Source: an uncultured Rikenella sp.
Lineage (GTDB): Bacteria > Bacteroidota > Bacteroidia > Bacteroidales > VadinHA17
Direction of reading: 5' to 3'
Length of the DNA: 64,000 bases
Assembly: GCA_964488645.1 (NCBI GenBank)
Contig: CAZAVK010000004.1
Coordinates: 4,486 to 68,485 of the forward strand
In this document: one piece after another, positions 1-8,782 of the stretch
How positions within the stretch are numbered: position 1 is the stretch's first letter
How the letters are laid out: every line of letters starts with the position of its first letter
The notes under the pieces: generated by a model
Databases searched by the model: none
Seen by the model: only the letters and a program-made list of their open reading frames with translations
Told to the model about the DNA's origin: nothing
Translations under genes and position numbers: made by a program

Positions 1-1138
1 CTTTTGAGGCGGCCAGCCCGGAGTGGAGGGTGCAGAGATCGGTGATGGTCACTCCGCCGGCCAGCACCCGGGCGCTGATATCTGCCATGGGCACCCCTTC
101 AAAGAGCGCGAGGAAGGTCGCCTCATCCATCTGCCTCAGCTGCCCGGTGGTACCCTCGCCAAAGAGTATTTCCGATGCCTCCACCGCGGCCTGGTAATCT
201 TCACGCGAGTGGGCCATCACCGTGACCTCCTCGGCGAGCCGTTTCTGCAGGAGGCGCAGGTGCGGCTGCTCATTGTGGGCCTTCACAAGCTCAGCGATCT
301 CCTCCCGGCCCAGCATGGTAAATATCTTTATAAACTTTTCTGCATCAGCATCAGCCACATTGAGCCAGAACTGGTAGAAACTGTAGGGGGTTGTCCGGGC
401 AGGATCAAGCCATACGTTCCCGGCTTCGGTCTTGCCGAACTTCTGACCGTCACTCTTGGTGATAAGCGGACAGGTAAGGGCAAAGGCCTCCCCACCGCAC
501 TTGCGCCTGATCAGCTCGGTACCGGTCACGATGTTGCCCCACTGGTCTGAGCCGCCCATCTGCAGACGACAGTTGTAGTTGTTATAGAGGAAGAGATAGT
601 CGGTACCCTGAACCAGCTGGTATGAGAACTCGGTGAATGACATCCCCTGGCCGCTGGCCGGATCGAGCCTCTTCTTTACCGAATCCTTGGCCATCATATA
701 GTTGACGGTGATGTGCTTGCCTATCTCACGGATAAAACTGAGGAAAGAGTACTCCTTCATCCAGTCATAGTTGTTGACCATCACAGCCCGGTTGGGAGAG
801 TTGTCACTGAAGTCGAGGAACTTTTCGAACTGTTTCCTGATACACTCCTGGTTATGTCTTAATGTTTCCTCATCCAGCAGGTTACGCTCTTCAGACTTTC
901 CTGAGGGGTCTCCTATCATGCCGGTGGCACCGCCCATGAGCACTATCGGCACATGACCTGCATTCTGGAAGTGCTTCAGCATCATCACCCCAACCAGATG
1001 GCCAATATGCAGCGAGTCGGCTGTCGGGTCAAAGCCCACATAGGCAGAGCTCTTCTCCCTCAGAAGGAACTCCTCGGTACCCGGCATCACATCATGGATC
1101 ATACCTCTCCAGCGCAGCTCTTCAACAAAATTCGTCAT
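1..1138 (-). CDS. tyrS: tyrosine--tRNA ligase, C-terminus runs off the left edge (absent from ORF track because no stop lies in the window)
   Basis: Manual minus-strand translation from ATG (cat at 1136-1138): [24 protein letters not shown]...[19 protein letters not shown] (HIGH motif)...[19 protein letters not shown] (KFGKT, the TyrRS KMSKS-type motif). The frame stays open to position 1. The plus-strand ORFs 23-550, 771-956 and 953-1291 are antisense to it. Confidence 0.9.
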   Translation of the reverse strand, partial: MTNFVEELRWRGMIHDVMPGTEEFLLREKSSAYVGFDPTADSLHIGHLVGVMMLKHFQNAGHVPIVLMGGATGMIGDPSGKSEERNLLDEETLRHNQECIRKQFEKFLDFSDNSPNRAVMVNNYDWMKEYSFLSFIREIGKHITVNYMMAKDSVKKRLDPASGQGMSFTEFSYQLVQGTDYLFLYNNYNCRLQMGGSDQWGNIVTGTELIRRKCGGEAFALTCPLITKSDGQKFGKTEAGNVWLDPARTTPYSFYQFWLNVADADAEKFIKIFTMLGREEIAELVKAHNEQPHLRLLQKRLAEEVTVMAHSREDYQAAVEASEILFGEGTTGQLRQMDEATFLALFEGVPMADISARVLAGGVTITDLCTLHSGLAASK

Positions 1139-1179
1139 CTCTCTCCTCTGATTAGATGGCGCAAAGATACCGAAACCGA

Positions 1180-1716
1180 TCATATGGCTGCAGCGGCCGG
1201 CTGCTTTTTCTGCCGGGTGAAGCTGTCAGGCAGGTTGACCTTCTCAATCACCGGGAATATTGAAGGCACCAGGCCGGATATCGGTTTGTAGAGAAATGAC
1301 CCTGAAATGGTTGCTGAGGGAAGGAACTGCTTTTTCTCATTGATGGTATTGAGCAGGAAGAAGATGAGACTGAGAATAAGGGCTGTCTTGAGAACGCCGA
1401 AAGCGGCGCCCAGCAGCTTGACCGCAAACCCGAGCGAGATCTGATTCATGACTGTATCAAGCAGCCTGCCTATAATCCGCACCCCGATGAGTATGACCAC
1501 CAGGGTCAGGCCAAAGGCTGCAACACCGGTCCACCACTCCTGCAAGTCGAACCAGGCTGCCATCTTGTCAGCCGTCCACCATGAGAAGTGGATGGCGCCC
1601 CAGATACCCAGTACCAGGGCAGCCAGTCCTGCAACGCCGATAATCACGCCGTCAATGAAACCCTGTATCAATCCGAAAAAGAGCAGCGCAAGAATAATAA
1701 GGTCAATCCAGTTCAT
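1180..1716 (-). CDS. cvpA: CvpA family (colicin V production) membrane protein
   Basis: N-terminus [25 protein letters not shown] and four hydrophobic helices are typical of the CvpA family. Size is 178 aa. Confidence 0.75.
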   Translation of the reverse strand: MNWIDLIILALLFFGLIQGFIDGVIIGVAGLAALVLGIWGAIHFSWWTADKMAAWFDLQEWWTGVAAFGLTLVVILIGVRIIGRLLDTVMNQISLGFAVKLLGAAFGVLKTALILSLIFFLLNTINEKKQFLPSATISGSFLYKPISGLVPSIFPVIEKVNLPDSFTRQKKQPAAAAI

Positions 1717-1843
1717 TTCCGATACAGTTTGATGGGATGAAGTTAGAAAATGTCAGAGAATCATACAAACCGGGTTGATTAATTGAGGTCTGCCGCCCTG
1801 TTCCGAAGAGACTATAAGCTATCTTTGAATCATTATTGATTAC

Positions 1844-2875
1844 ATGATGACAGAGCTTTTCAGAACCGATGTGATTGCCGTTTTCGATATCGGCGCTTCG
1901 CTGAAGCGGTTCCAGCTGTTTGACTGGAGTCTCAATGCGGTTGAGACTGAAGAGAAGATCATCGGTGATGCCTGGGGTGATCCGGAGGGGTGTCCGGAGG
2001 ATATCCCTGCCGTGGCTGCCTGGATGGAGGAGTGCCTCAGCCGGGCTGCAGCCAGCACCCTCTACGGCATCAGGGCCGTCAACATCGCTTCCGGCAACGA
2101 CTGCCTTCCGGGGCTGGGTGATGTGCTTGCCGCTGTCACAGCCAGGCTACCGGACGGAGAGCGCATGGTGACCGGACCGGGGATCTCCAATGCCCTGGCC
2201 TCACTGGTTCCCTACCTGAAAGGAGCCGGTGAACCGATAATAATGCTCTCGACAGGGGTAAGGTGCACCTTCATCAGGTCATCCGACCCGGAAAGGCATT
2301 TCAGGGAGCTGGCTTTCAGTGATACCGGACATCCCCCGGAGATTACGGGAAAGGAGACAGTGAGTCTGCCGTTCCCGCTCGGGGAGATACATGACCGTAA
2401 CGTGGAGATGCTTGACGAACGGTTCGGCGTGACAGGTGAACTCTACAAGACCATCAGGATCAGGCAGAAAAAGATCGTAAGGATGGAGGCGGGCGGAGGA
2501 GGACGGGTATTCTTCCGCAACGGCATACCTGAAGGCCTCGCAGACCGTCAGGCAGACCTGACAGGCTTCCTGACCTATGCCGATGCCTATCACCGCATGA
2601 TGTACGACCTGGTTGACGAGTACCTGGGAACATTCAGGGAGTTTATCTCCAATGATCAGCTGGCTGAGATTGTTTATGTTACGGGCGGGTTTGCCCTGAA
2701 TGAGAGCTTTGTCAGGATACTGGCCTCACGTCTGCCCGGCAAGCGGGTATATGCCAGCACAATAACCAATGCGACTGCACTGGGGGCGGCAATGGTCCTT
2801 TACCGGCGCCTGTATGAAAACGAGATGCCCCCGCCCTTCCTGGGACTGAAGGCGGTGCTGCTGCTCGATGAGTGA
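1844..2875 (+). CDS. FGGY-like sugar kinase family protein (short, 343 aa)
   Basis: VIAVFDIGAS near the N-terminus is like the ASKHA phosphate-1 motif. C-terminal VYVTGGFALNESF...NATALGAAMV resembles the FGGY C-terminal domain. It is much shorter than typical FGGY kinases, so the assignment is tentative. Confidence 0.4.
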   Translation: MMTELFRTDVIAVFDIGASLKRFQLFDWSLNAVETEEKIIGDAWGDPEGCPEDIPAVAAWMEECLSRAAASTLYGIRAVNIASGNDCLPGLGDVLAAVTARLPDGERMVTGPGISNALASLVPYLKGAGEPIIMLSTGVRCTFIRSSDPERHFRELAFSDTGHPPEITGKETVSLPFPLGEIHDRNVEMLDERFGVTGELYKTIRIRQKKIVRMEAGGGGRVFFRNGIPEGLADRQADLTGFLTYADAYHRMMYDLVDEYLGTFREFISNDQLAEIVYVTGGFALNESFVRILASRLPGKRVYASTITNATALGAAMVLYRRLYENEMPPPFLGLKAVLLLDE

Positions 2876-2931
2876 CCGAAGTTACATCCCGGAACACGGT
2901 GGTGCCGGTTCTGCTCGATGAGTGAGCGGTG

Positions 2932-3543
2932 TCACACATCCAGGCCCAGTGCGGAAAGCTTCTCCCTGAGCTGTTCAGGCGATCTGAAATGGATGTCATG
3001 AAACCCAAGCTCCCCGGCAGCACGGGCATTGTCCCGGTTGTCATCAATATATACCGACTCAAGCGGATTAATGCCATACCTCTCAATCAGAACCCTGTAG
3101 ATGGCATGATCAGGCTTGATCAGCTTCTCATAGCCTGACACAACCAGTCCGTCAAACTGTTTCATGAAATCAAACCTGTTATATGCCACCGGGAAGGCTT
3201 CATGTGACCAGTTTGAAAGGGCATAGAGGGGCATTCCGGCCGATTTGAGCCTGCGAAAGATCTCAACCGTACCTTTTATCTCCCCGTTGAGCATCTCCTC
3301 CCAGCGGCCGTAATAGAGGGCAATCTGGTCATGATACTCAGGGTACTCGTCCTGCAGCTCGGCTGTGGCCACACTGAAGAGCTTGCCGGCATCCTGCCTG
3401 ATATTCCACTCCGGGGTGCAGACATTGGAGAGGAACCACTCCATCTCCTGCTCATCGTCAAACACCTTGCTGAAGAGATACCGCGGGTTCCAGTCGATGA
3501 GAACACCCCCGATATCAAAGACCACACTAGATATCTTTTTCAT
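2932..3543 (-). CDS. HAD-superfamily phosphatase (subfamily IA, YihX-like)
   Basis: Motif I VVFDIGGVLIDW, motif II ALSNWS, and motif III/IV KPDHAIY...YIDDNRDN. Confidence 0.8.
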   Translation of the reverse strand: MKKISSVVFDIGGVLIDWNPRYLFSKVFDDEQEMEWFLSNVCTPEWNIRQDAGKLFSVATAELQDEYPEYHDQIALYYGRWEEMLNGEIKGTVEIFRRLKSAGMPLYALSNWSHEAFPVAYNRFDFMKQFDGLVVSGYEKLIKPDHAIYRVLIERYGINPLESVYIDDNRDNARAAGELGFHDIHFRSPEQLREKLSALGLDV

Positions 3544-3622
3544 ATTGCTTCAGTTCCGGCGCAATAATAGGTATTTTTCCGCGAATGAGGCGTGGTATCG
3601 CTGCAGGCGGTCTGCCGGTGTG

Positions 3623-5332
3623 TCACCTGACGCTCACCACTCCCGCAGCCTCTATTGCCTTCACCGCGTCGGACGGCAGCTTCCAGTTGCTGTCAAATGT
3701 GCCCCCTGCAACAACCTTATCGGGTGTTTTCCTGAAGAGAAGGAAGTCGCCCATCTTCTTCAGCGCCTCCACCTTTGCCCCGCCGAAACGATATCCGGCC
3801 TCAGCGCCCTCACCGGCCGGGGGCGTCCACCATGGCAGACCGGAATTGATCAGCAGGTAGCGCCTGTTCATCGGGTAGATATAGACCAGCCCGTATTCAT
3901 CGCCGCCCTTCTCAAGGTGCATCGGCAGGTCAGCGGCAAACTTCGCTATCACCGAGTTGGTCTCACGTGTGCCGAAGAGTATGAGGTTTGACTTTACATA
4001 ATCATCTGGCCTCACATCCCTGTCGGCCACCACCCTCGGGAAGACCATGATCCTGCCGCCCAGCCCGCTCCAGTCGGCAGCAGCTGCCGCCTGTGCCCTT
4101 CTCTCTGCCAGCACTTCTGCCGGCGGGTTGTCGGCAGTGCCGTAAACGTATAGATGACTGCCGGTAACCGCCTCATAGAGCGGTCCCTCTGCACCTTTCT
4201 GCTTCGAGGTGAGCCCGGGGGTGAAGCGGCCATTGACCCACTTCCCTGCCGAAAGCCTGAACGACACTGCACCGGCACTCCTGACACTGAACGCCCTGCC
4301 GTTGAGGCTGACCCTGACCTTCCGCGCCGGGTCAAACTGCGGGTGACCTTCCAGGGCAAGGGTAAATGCATTCACCCCGGAGGTGACCACGGTGATACTG
4401 TTGGGTGCGGTGAAGGCGGCATCAATCACCGCCTTCTCACCGGGCACCATATCATCAACCGTCACCCAGTAGGCCTTGCTGTACCTGAACCACCTGGTGG
4501 TGAATGAAACTTTTTCCGGAAATGACTCTCTTCTGAACTGTGAGAACCAGTCGAATATGAATCCATCCTTATAGGCCCACTCCCAGCTGTTGTGCCCCAC
4601 GCCGGGATACTCGGCATAGTCGAGGCTCAGGGCACTCTTCTCCATCTCCAGGCGCCAGTCAGTGGCGGTCTGGTAGAGGAAGTCCTTGTCACCGATAAAG
4701 AGGTGCACCGGCAGATTGCCGGCGTTGCCTGCCAGCTCAAGGGTACCCTCCGGCGGTGCCGGGCATACGGGTGCTATGGCGGCCCAGATGTCAGGGCGGG
4801 TGAGGCCGAGCCAGAGGGTGCCGCCGCCACCCATTGACAGACCGGTAAGGTAGATACGGTCCTCATCTATCCGGAAGCGCGATTTCAGGTCATCGATCAT
4901 GTCATAGACATCCTGCTCGGCAACCCCCTGGTAGCCGGCAGTCCCCCTTGCCAGCGGCGCCGCGGCAATATAGTCTACCGGCCTGAATGGCGGCCAGTAG
5001 CGGCTGGCCTCAACATCGGTCTCATAGGGAGCGGTGCCCGGCTTGATGAAGTCATATCCCTGGCTGTTGCCCACCCCGAAGAGGCGGCGCATGCCCAGGC
5101 GGTGATTCGACCAGGCCCCGTGCAGGAAGACCACCAGCGGGTAGTCACGTGACTCATCGAAGTTCTCGGGAATATATACGGCATAGGGCTGATCGGCATC
5201 ATCAACCGCCGAGAAGAATGAGAGATCCTGCGGCCCCGGCCTGAGACGCTGGGCAACAACGCTGCCTGCTGTGAGAAGCAGCAGGAGCAATAATGGGGCT
5301 CCTAAACGCACAATAGAGATGATACTTTTCAT
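3623..5332 (-). CDS. secreted alpha/beta-hydrolase (esterase / S9-like serine hydrolase)
   Basis: Signal peptide MKSIISIVRLGAPLLLLLLLTAGSVVAQ. Also VVFLHGAWSN and the nucleophile elbow LTGLSMGGGGT (GxSxG). Confidence 0.7.
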   Translation of the reverse strand: MKSIISIVRLGAPLLLLLLLTAGSVVAQRLRPGPQDLSFFSAVDDADQPYAVYIPENFDESRDYPLVVFLHGAWSNHRLGMRRLFGVGNSQGYDFIKPGTAPYETDVEASRYWPPFRPVDYIAAAPLARGTAGYQGVAEQDVYDMIDDLKSRFRIDEDRIYLTGLSMGGGGTLWLGLTRPDIWAAIAPVCPAPPEGTLELAGNAGNLPVHLFIGDKDFLYQTATDWRLEMEKSALSLDYAEYPGVGHNSWEWAYKDGFIFDWFSQFRRESFPEKVSFTTRWFRYSKAYWVTVDDMVPGEKAVIDAAFTAPNSITVVTSGVNAFTLALEGHPQFDPARKVRVSLNGRAFSVRSAGAVSFRLSAGKWVNGRFTPGLTSKQKGAEGPLYEAVTGSHLYVYGTADNPPAEVLAERRAQAAAAADWSGLGGRIMVFPRVVADRDVRPDDYVKSNLILFGTRETNSVIAKFAADLPMHLEKGGDEYGLVYIYPMNRRYLLINSGLPWWTPPAGEGAEAGYRFGGAKVEALKKMGDFLLFRKTPDKVVAGGTFDSNWKLPSDAVKAIEAAGVVSVR

Positions 5333-5416
5333 ATTATTGTTTCTTAGCTGTTTACATATTTTAGTCCGATCCGGCCCAGAAAAGGACGGATGATCCGGAT
5401 AACCTCACCTGCTACT

Positions 5417-5851
5417 TCAGCTGACAGGCGTAACTCCCTTGATAAGAATAACATTTCCATACCTGGCCGTCTCTCCGGTCATTACTATTGCAAATGCCTT
5501 TGCGGCCCGCTCATAGAATGCGAACCGGTCGAGCTTCTTTACCGACGGCACCCAGGGAGCCTCCTTCCGTATACGCTCCATATAGGAGGCCTCTACGGCC
5601 GGGTCAGGCCTGTCGCCCGCCACCGGCTCCATCATCAGCACCGGATGGGGTACATAGCTGTCGAGCTCAAAAAGCGGCATAACAGCCTCCAGCAGGTCGG
5701 CTATCCGCAGTCCGTCGGCACGTACAACCCGCCGGCCGGCACTCTCGCCCGGGAAGTGGGCATCAGCCAGAACCAGCTCATCACCATGGCCCATACGTGC
5801 CATTACCTCCAGAAGCTCGGGAGAGATAAGCGGAGAGATCCCTTTTAACAT
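5417..5851 (-). CDS. fucU: L-fucose mutarotase (RbsD/FucU family)
   Basis: [37 protein letters not shown]...[32 protein letters not shown] closely follows E. coli FucU as I remember it. I chose the start at the internal ATG (cat 5849-5851). The ORF-track start at 5917 adds 22 unlikely residues. Confidence 0.88.
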   Translation of the reverse strand: MLKGISPLISPELLEVMARMGHGDELVLADAHFPGESAGRRVVRADGLRIADLLEAVMPLFELDSYVPHPVLMMEPVAGDRPDPAVEASYMERIRKEAPWVPSVKKLDRFAFYERAAKAFAIVMTGETARYGNVILIKGVTPVS

Positions 5852-6055
5852 ATCATCAATCTTTGATTCAGGTATTGAAGGTACTCTATTCAGATCAAAA
5901 ACCACCAGCACCGTCAAAAAGTTTTCACGGCAAGGGTGTCAATCCGGCTGCCGGAACCACTAACGCAGTGCCGCCTGGTATTATCAACATTATCATCTCC
6001 CCGGGGTTATTTAACCATGAATTTGTAATTTCAGCCCGGATTCAATGACATCGAG

Positions 6056-6862
6056 ATGAAAAACACTGATTTCTTTACACTGGCAAACGGGGTGAAGATT
6101 CCCGCGATAGGGTTCGGCACCTGGCAGATCCCTCCCGGTGATGTGGCCTACAACTCCGTGGCTGAAGCCCTCAGGGCCGGCTACCGCCATATAGACACCG
6201 CCCAGGCCTACGGCAATGAGGCCAGCGTGGGTAAGGCAATAACCGACTCAGGCATCCCGCGCAGCGAGGTTTTCGTGACCTCAAAGCTGCCTGCTGAGAT
6301 CAAGAGCTACCGCAAAGCGGTCAGGCATGCCGCACAAACCATGAAGAATATCGGGCTGGAGTATATCGATCTCTACCTTATCCATGCTCCCTGGCCCTGG
6401 GAGAAGATGGGAGCCGACTATACGCGCGAGAACATCGAGGTCTGGAAAGCCATGGAGGAGTTCTACGAGAGCGGGCAGACTCGTGCCATAGGCATCTCCA
6501 ACTTCAATGTGAAGGATACCGTGGCGATACTTGAGAACTGCCGCATCAGGCCGATGGTCAACCAGATAAAACTGTATGTCGGCTTCTGGCAGACCGGCGT
6601 GGTGGAACATAACAGTAAGAACAACATCCTGACCGAGGCCTATTCTCCCCTGGCAACAGGCAGGCTGCTGAACAACCCGGTTATCACCGGAATAGCAGCG
6701 AAGTACGGGAAGAGTGTGGCCCAGACAGCCATCAGGTATGCACTGCAGAAAGGGACCCTTCCCCTTCCAAAGTCGGTTCATCCGGAATATATCCGGCAGA
6801 ACTTCGATATCAACTTCGAGATATCCGAAGAGGACATGCAGCGGCTTGACAACCCGTCATAA
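6056..6862 (+). CDS. aldo/keto reductase (2,5-diketo-D-gluconate reductase-like)
   Basis: IPAIGFGTWQ, AGYRHIDTAQAYGNE, LYLIHAP and IGISNF are classic AKR motifs. Confidence 0.85.
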   Translation: MKNTDFFTLANGVKIPAIGFGTWQIPPGDVAYNSVAEALRAGYRHIDTAQAYGNEASVGKAITDSGIPRSEVFVTSKLPAEIKSYRKAVRHAAQTMKNIGLEYIDLYLIHAPWPWEKMGADYTRENIEVWKAMEEFYESGQTRAIGISNFNVKDTVAILENCRIRPMVNQIKLYVGFWQTGVVEHNSKNNILTEAYSPLATGRLLNNPVITGIAAKYGKSVAQTAIRYALQKGTLPLPKSVHPEYIRQNFDINFEISEEDMQRLDNPS

Positions 6863-6912
6863 CCAGCCACTGTTTGTTGATGAACCCGTTTGCCAACGGC
6901 CCGGGATAATTC

Positions 6913-8367
6913 TCAGTTCCTCCAGAAAGGTCTGGTAAAGACGGTAATGACCGTATAGAGTTCGAGACGGCCTGCTATCATCAGCAGAATCATCATGATC
7001 TTTGCCATGGGATTGAAATGGGCAAAATTTCCCATGTTGCCAGACAAACCCAGTCCGGGTCCTATCCCGGCCATGCTGGTTGCTGTAGCTCCGGAAGCTT
7101 CAAGAAGCGGTATGCCTGAAACCTGCATGAGAAGGGTGCCGGCAACAAAGGTGAAAAGGTAGAGGAGAATGAATGCCATTACCTGGTTTACTGTATCATC
7201 CGTCATCTTTTGCCCGTTTATCTGAAGTGGTATTACCGCAGAGGGATGATGCAGCCTTATAAAGGTTAACCTCAGATTTTTCAGGGCTATCAGATGTCTG
7301 CCCATTTTGATGCCACCTGACGTTGAACCCGTTGAACCACCTGCAAACATGAGAAGGAACAAGAAAAACCAGCCTGTTGCCGGGAATTTCATATAATCGG
7401 AAGATGCAAATCCGGTCGTTGAAACCTGGGATGTCACCTGGAAAAAGGCATCCCTGAAAGAGAGCTCAAGGCTCCTGTCGGTCCCTGAATAAAGGATCGC
7501 TGTAAGAAAAAAAACGCTGGCAGCTACCATGAAGAGATAGAACCAGAGTTCCCCGTTTTTCCTTATTTTCCGGAACCTGCCGGTGAACAGGTTGAAATAG
7601 ACAACATAACTCACTGCGGCCAGGAGCATGAAGATGCCGACCACATACTGAGTGTAGGGTGAGTATCCGGCCAGGCTGGTATTCCTGGTTGAGAATCCCC
7701 CTGTGGCCACGGTTGCGAATGAGTGGCATATGATATCAAACAGCTTCATGTCTCCCGGTAAGAGCATGAGTATTTCGGCAGCGGTCAGGCTCAGATAGAT
7801 GAGAAGGATCCGTGTAACAACTCCCCTTATACGGGGGTTTATCTTTTCCTTGACTGACGATTCTAGGGTGAAGAGCTGATAGCCTGTAATTCTGAGAGAT
7901 GGCAATACCAGGATGACAAGAACAATGATTCCCACGCCTCCTATCCAGTGTGTCAGGCTCCTCCAGAAGAGAAGTGAGTGAGGAAGGCGCTCAACCTCTG
8001 TCAGAATCGTTGCCCCGGTAGTCGTAAATCCCGATACTGACTCAAAAAAGGCATTGACAATCCCGGGGATACTCCCGCTAAACAGATAGGGAAGCGTACC
8101 GCCCAGGGAGATCAGAACCCATGCGGGAGCAACAATGAGAAAGGCGTCCCTTTTGCTGAGAGTCTCCCTGGTGGAGCGTCGGCCCGGGAGCCGAAGGAGG
8201 CCTGCCGTGATCAGGACAATGAATGCCGACTGCAGGAATGGCAGAACAGGTTCAGCATAAATGACCGAAACCGGTACACATGCCAGCAGGAATGCTGACT
8301 CAATCAGCAGGATCGAACTCAGTATCCGGGCAATGCCGGAGGGATTGAAAAGGCTCATTCTCCTCAA
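6913..8367 (-). CDS. trkH: TrkH/KtrB-family potassium uptake membrane protein
   Basis: 484 aa and polytopic, with repeated selectivity-filter-like segments (SGFTTTGAT, TVATGGFSTRN, VSTTGFAS, GSTSGGIKM). Confidence 0.85.
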   Translation of the reverse strand: MRRMSLFNPSGIARILSSILLIESAFLLACVPVSVIYAEPVLPFLQSAFIVLITAGLLRLPGRRSTRETLSKRDAFLIVAPAWVLISLGGTLPYLFSGSIPGIVNAFFESVSGFTTTGATILTEVERLPHSLLFWRSLTHWIGGVGIIVLVILVLPSLRITGYQLFTLESSVKEKINPRIRGVVTRILLIYLSLTAAEILMLLPGDMKLFDIICHSFATVATGGFSTRNTSLAGYSPYTQYVVGIFMLLAAVSYVVYFNLFTGRFRKIRKNGELWFYLFMVAASVFFLTAILYSGTDRSLELSFRDAFFQVTSQVSTTGFASSDYMKFPATGWFFLFLLMFAGGSTGSTSGGIKMGRHLIALKNLRLTFIRLHHPSAVIPLQINGQKMTDDTVNQVMAFILLYLFTFVAGTLLMQVSGIPLLEASGATATSMAGIGPGLGLSGNMGNFAHFNPMAKIMMILLMIAGRLELYTVITVFTRPFWRN

Positions 8368-8591
8368 TCAGATTTATCAGGCAAAGTTAAGTCTAATCTT
8401 ACTGTTTATCGCCATATTGCATCTGCATGAAAATTTTATTACCCGTAAAATCTCATAAAAAACAGACATTCTATCCGGCTCCATCAATTGAATCAGTTTT
8501 TCAACCGGCACATTTTGCAGATCAGTATGCTCCGGAGGCATTAATTGAAACGTAATGATCATCTGGAGAAAGGGTTACAGTCGCGGAGCAC

Positions 8592-8636
8592 AAAAAAAAC
8601 AAACACTCCTCATTATCAATAAAATAAGGAGTGTTT
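8592..8636 (-). terminator. rho-independent terminator after tRNA-Arg
   Basis: On the minus strand, AAACACTCCT and AGGAGTGTTT form a perfect 10-bp stem around a 16-nt loop, followed by GTTTTTTTTG. It sits 4 nt downstream of the tRNA 3' end. Confidence 0.7.
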
Positions 8637-8640
8637 TCAG

Positions 8641-8712
8641 TAGCCCCACCAGGAATCGAACCTGGATTTCAGGTTTAGGAAACCCGCGTTCTATCCATTG
8701 AACTATAGGGCC
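8641..8712 (-). tRNA. tRNA-Arg (anticodon CCT)
   Basis: Reverse complement GGCCCTA TA GTTC AATGGATA GAAC G CGGGT TTCCTAA ACCTG AAAT CCAGG TTCGATT CCTGG TGGGGCT A folds as a cloverleaf. It has a 7-bp acceptor stem (two G-U pairs), a 4-bp D stem, a 5-bp anticodon stem with loop TT-CCT-AA, and a TPsiC arm with TTCGATT. No CCA is encoded. Confidence 0.85.
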
Positions 8713-8782
8713 GCCCTGTTACAGCCGCAAAAGTAAATGATTTTTCGGTTATCGCAAAAAATGAACAGAGGCATTGGCCCGC

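Noticed and set aside
23-1291. Plus-strand ORFs 23-550, 771-956 and 953-1291
   Set aside because: All are antisense to a continuous minus-strand frame that translates to a textbook TyrRS (HIGH and KFGKT motifs). The real gene is missing from the ORF track only because its stop lies outside the window.
8377-8562. A 61-aa minus-strand ORF ending 10 nt upstream of trkH; considered as a trkA remnant or leader peptide
   Set aside because: It lies in AT-rich DNA whose composition is unlike the coding regions in this window. It shows no resemblance to RCK/TrkA_C motifs. I cannot support it as a gene.
8641-8712. tRNA-Arg as an integration site for a mobile element
   Set aside because: I saw no integrase nearby and no direct repeat of the tRNA 3' end. 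The flanking genes (trkH, ettA) are core housekeeping genes.
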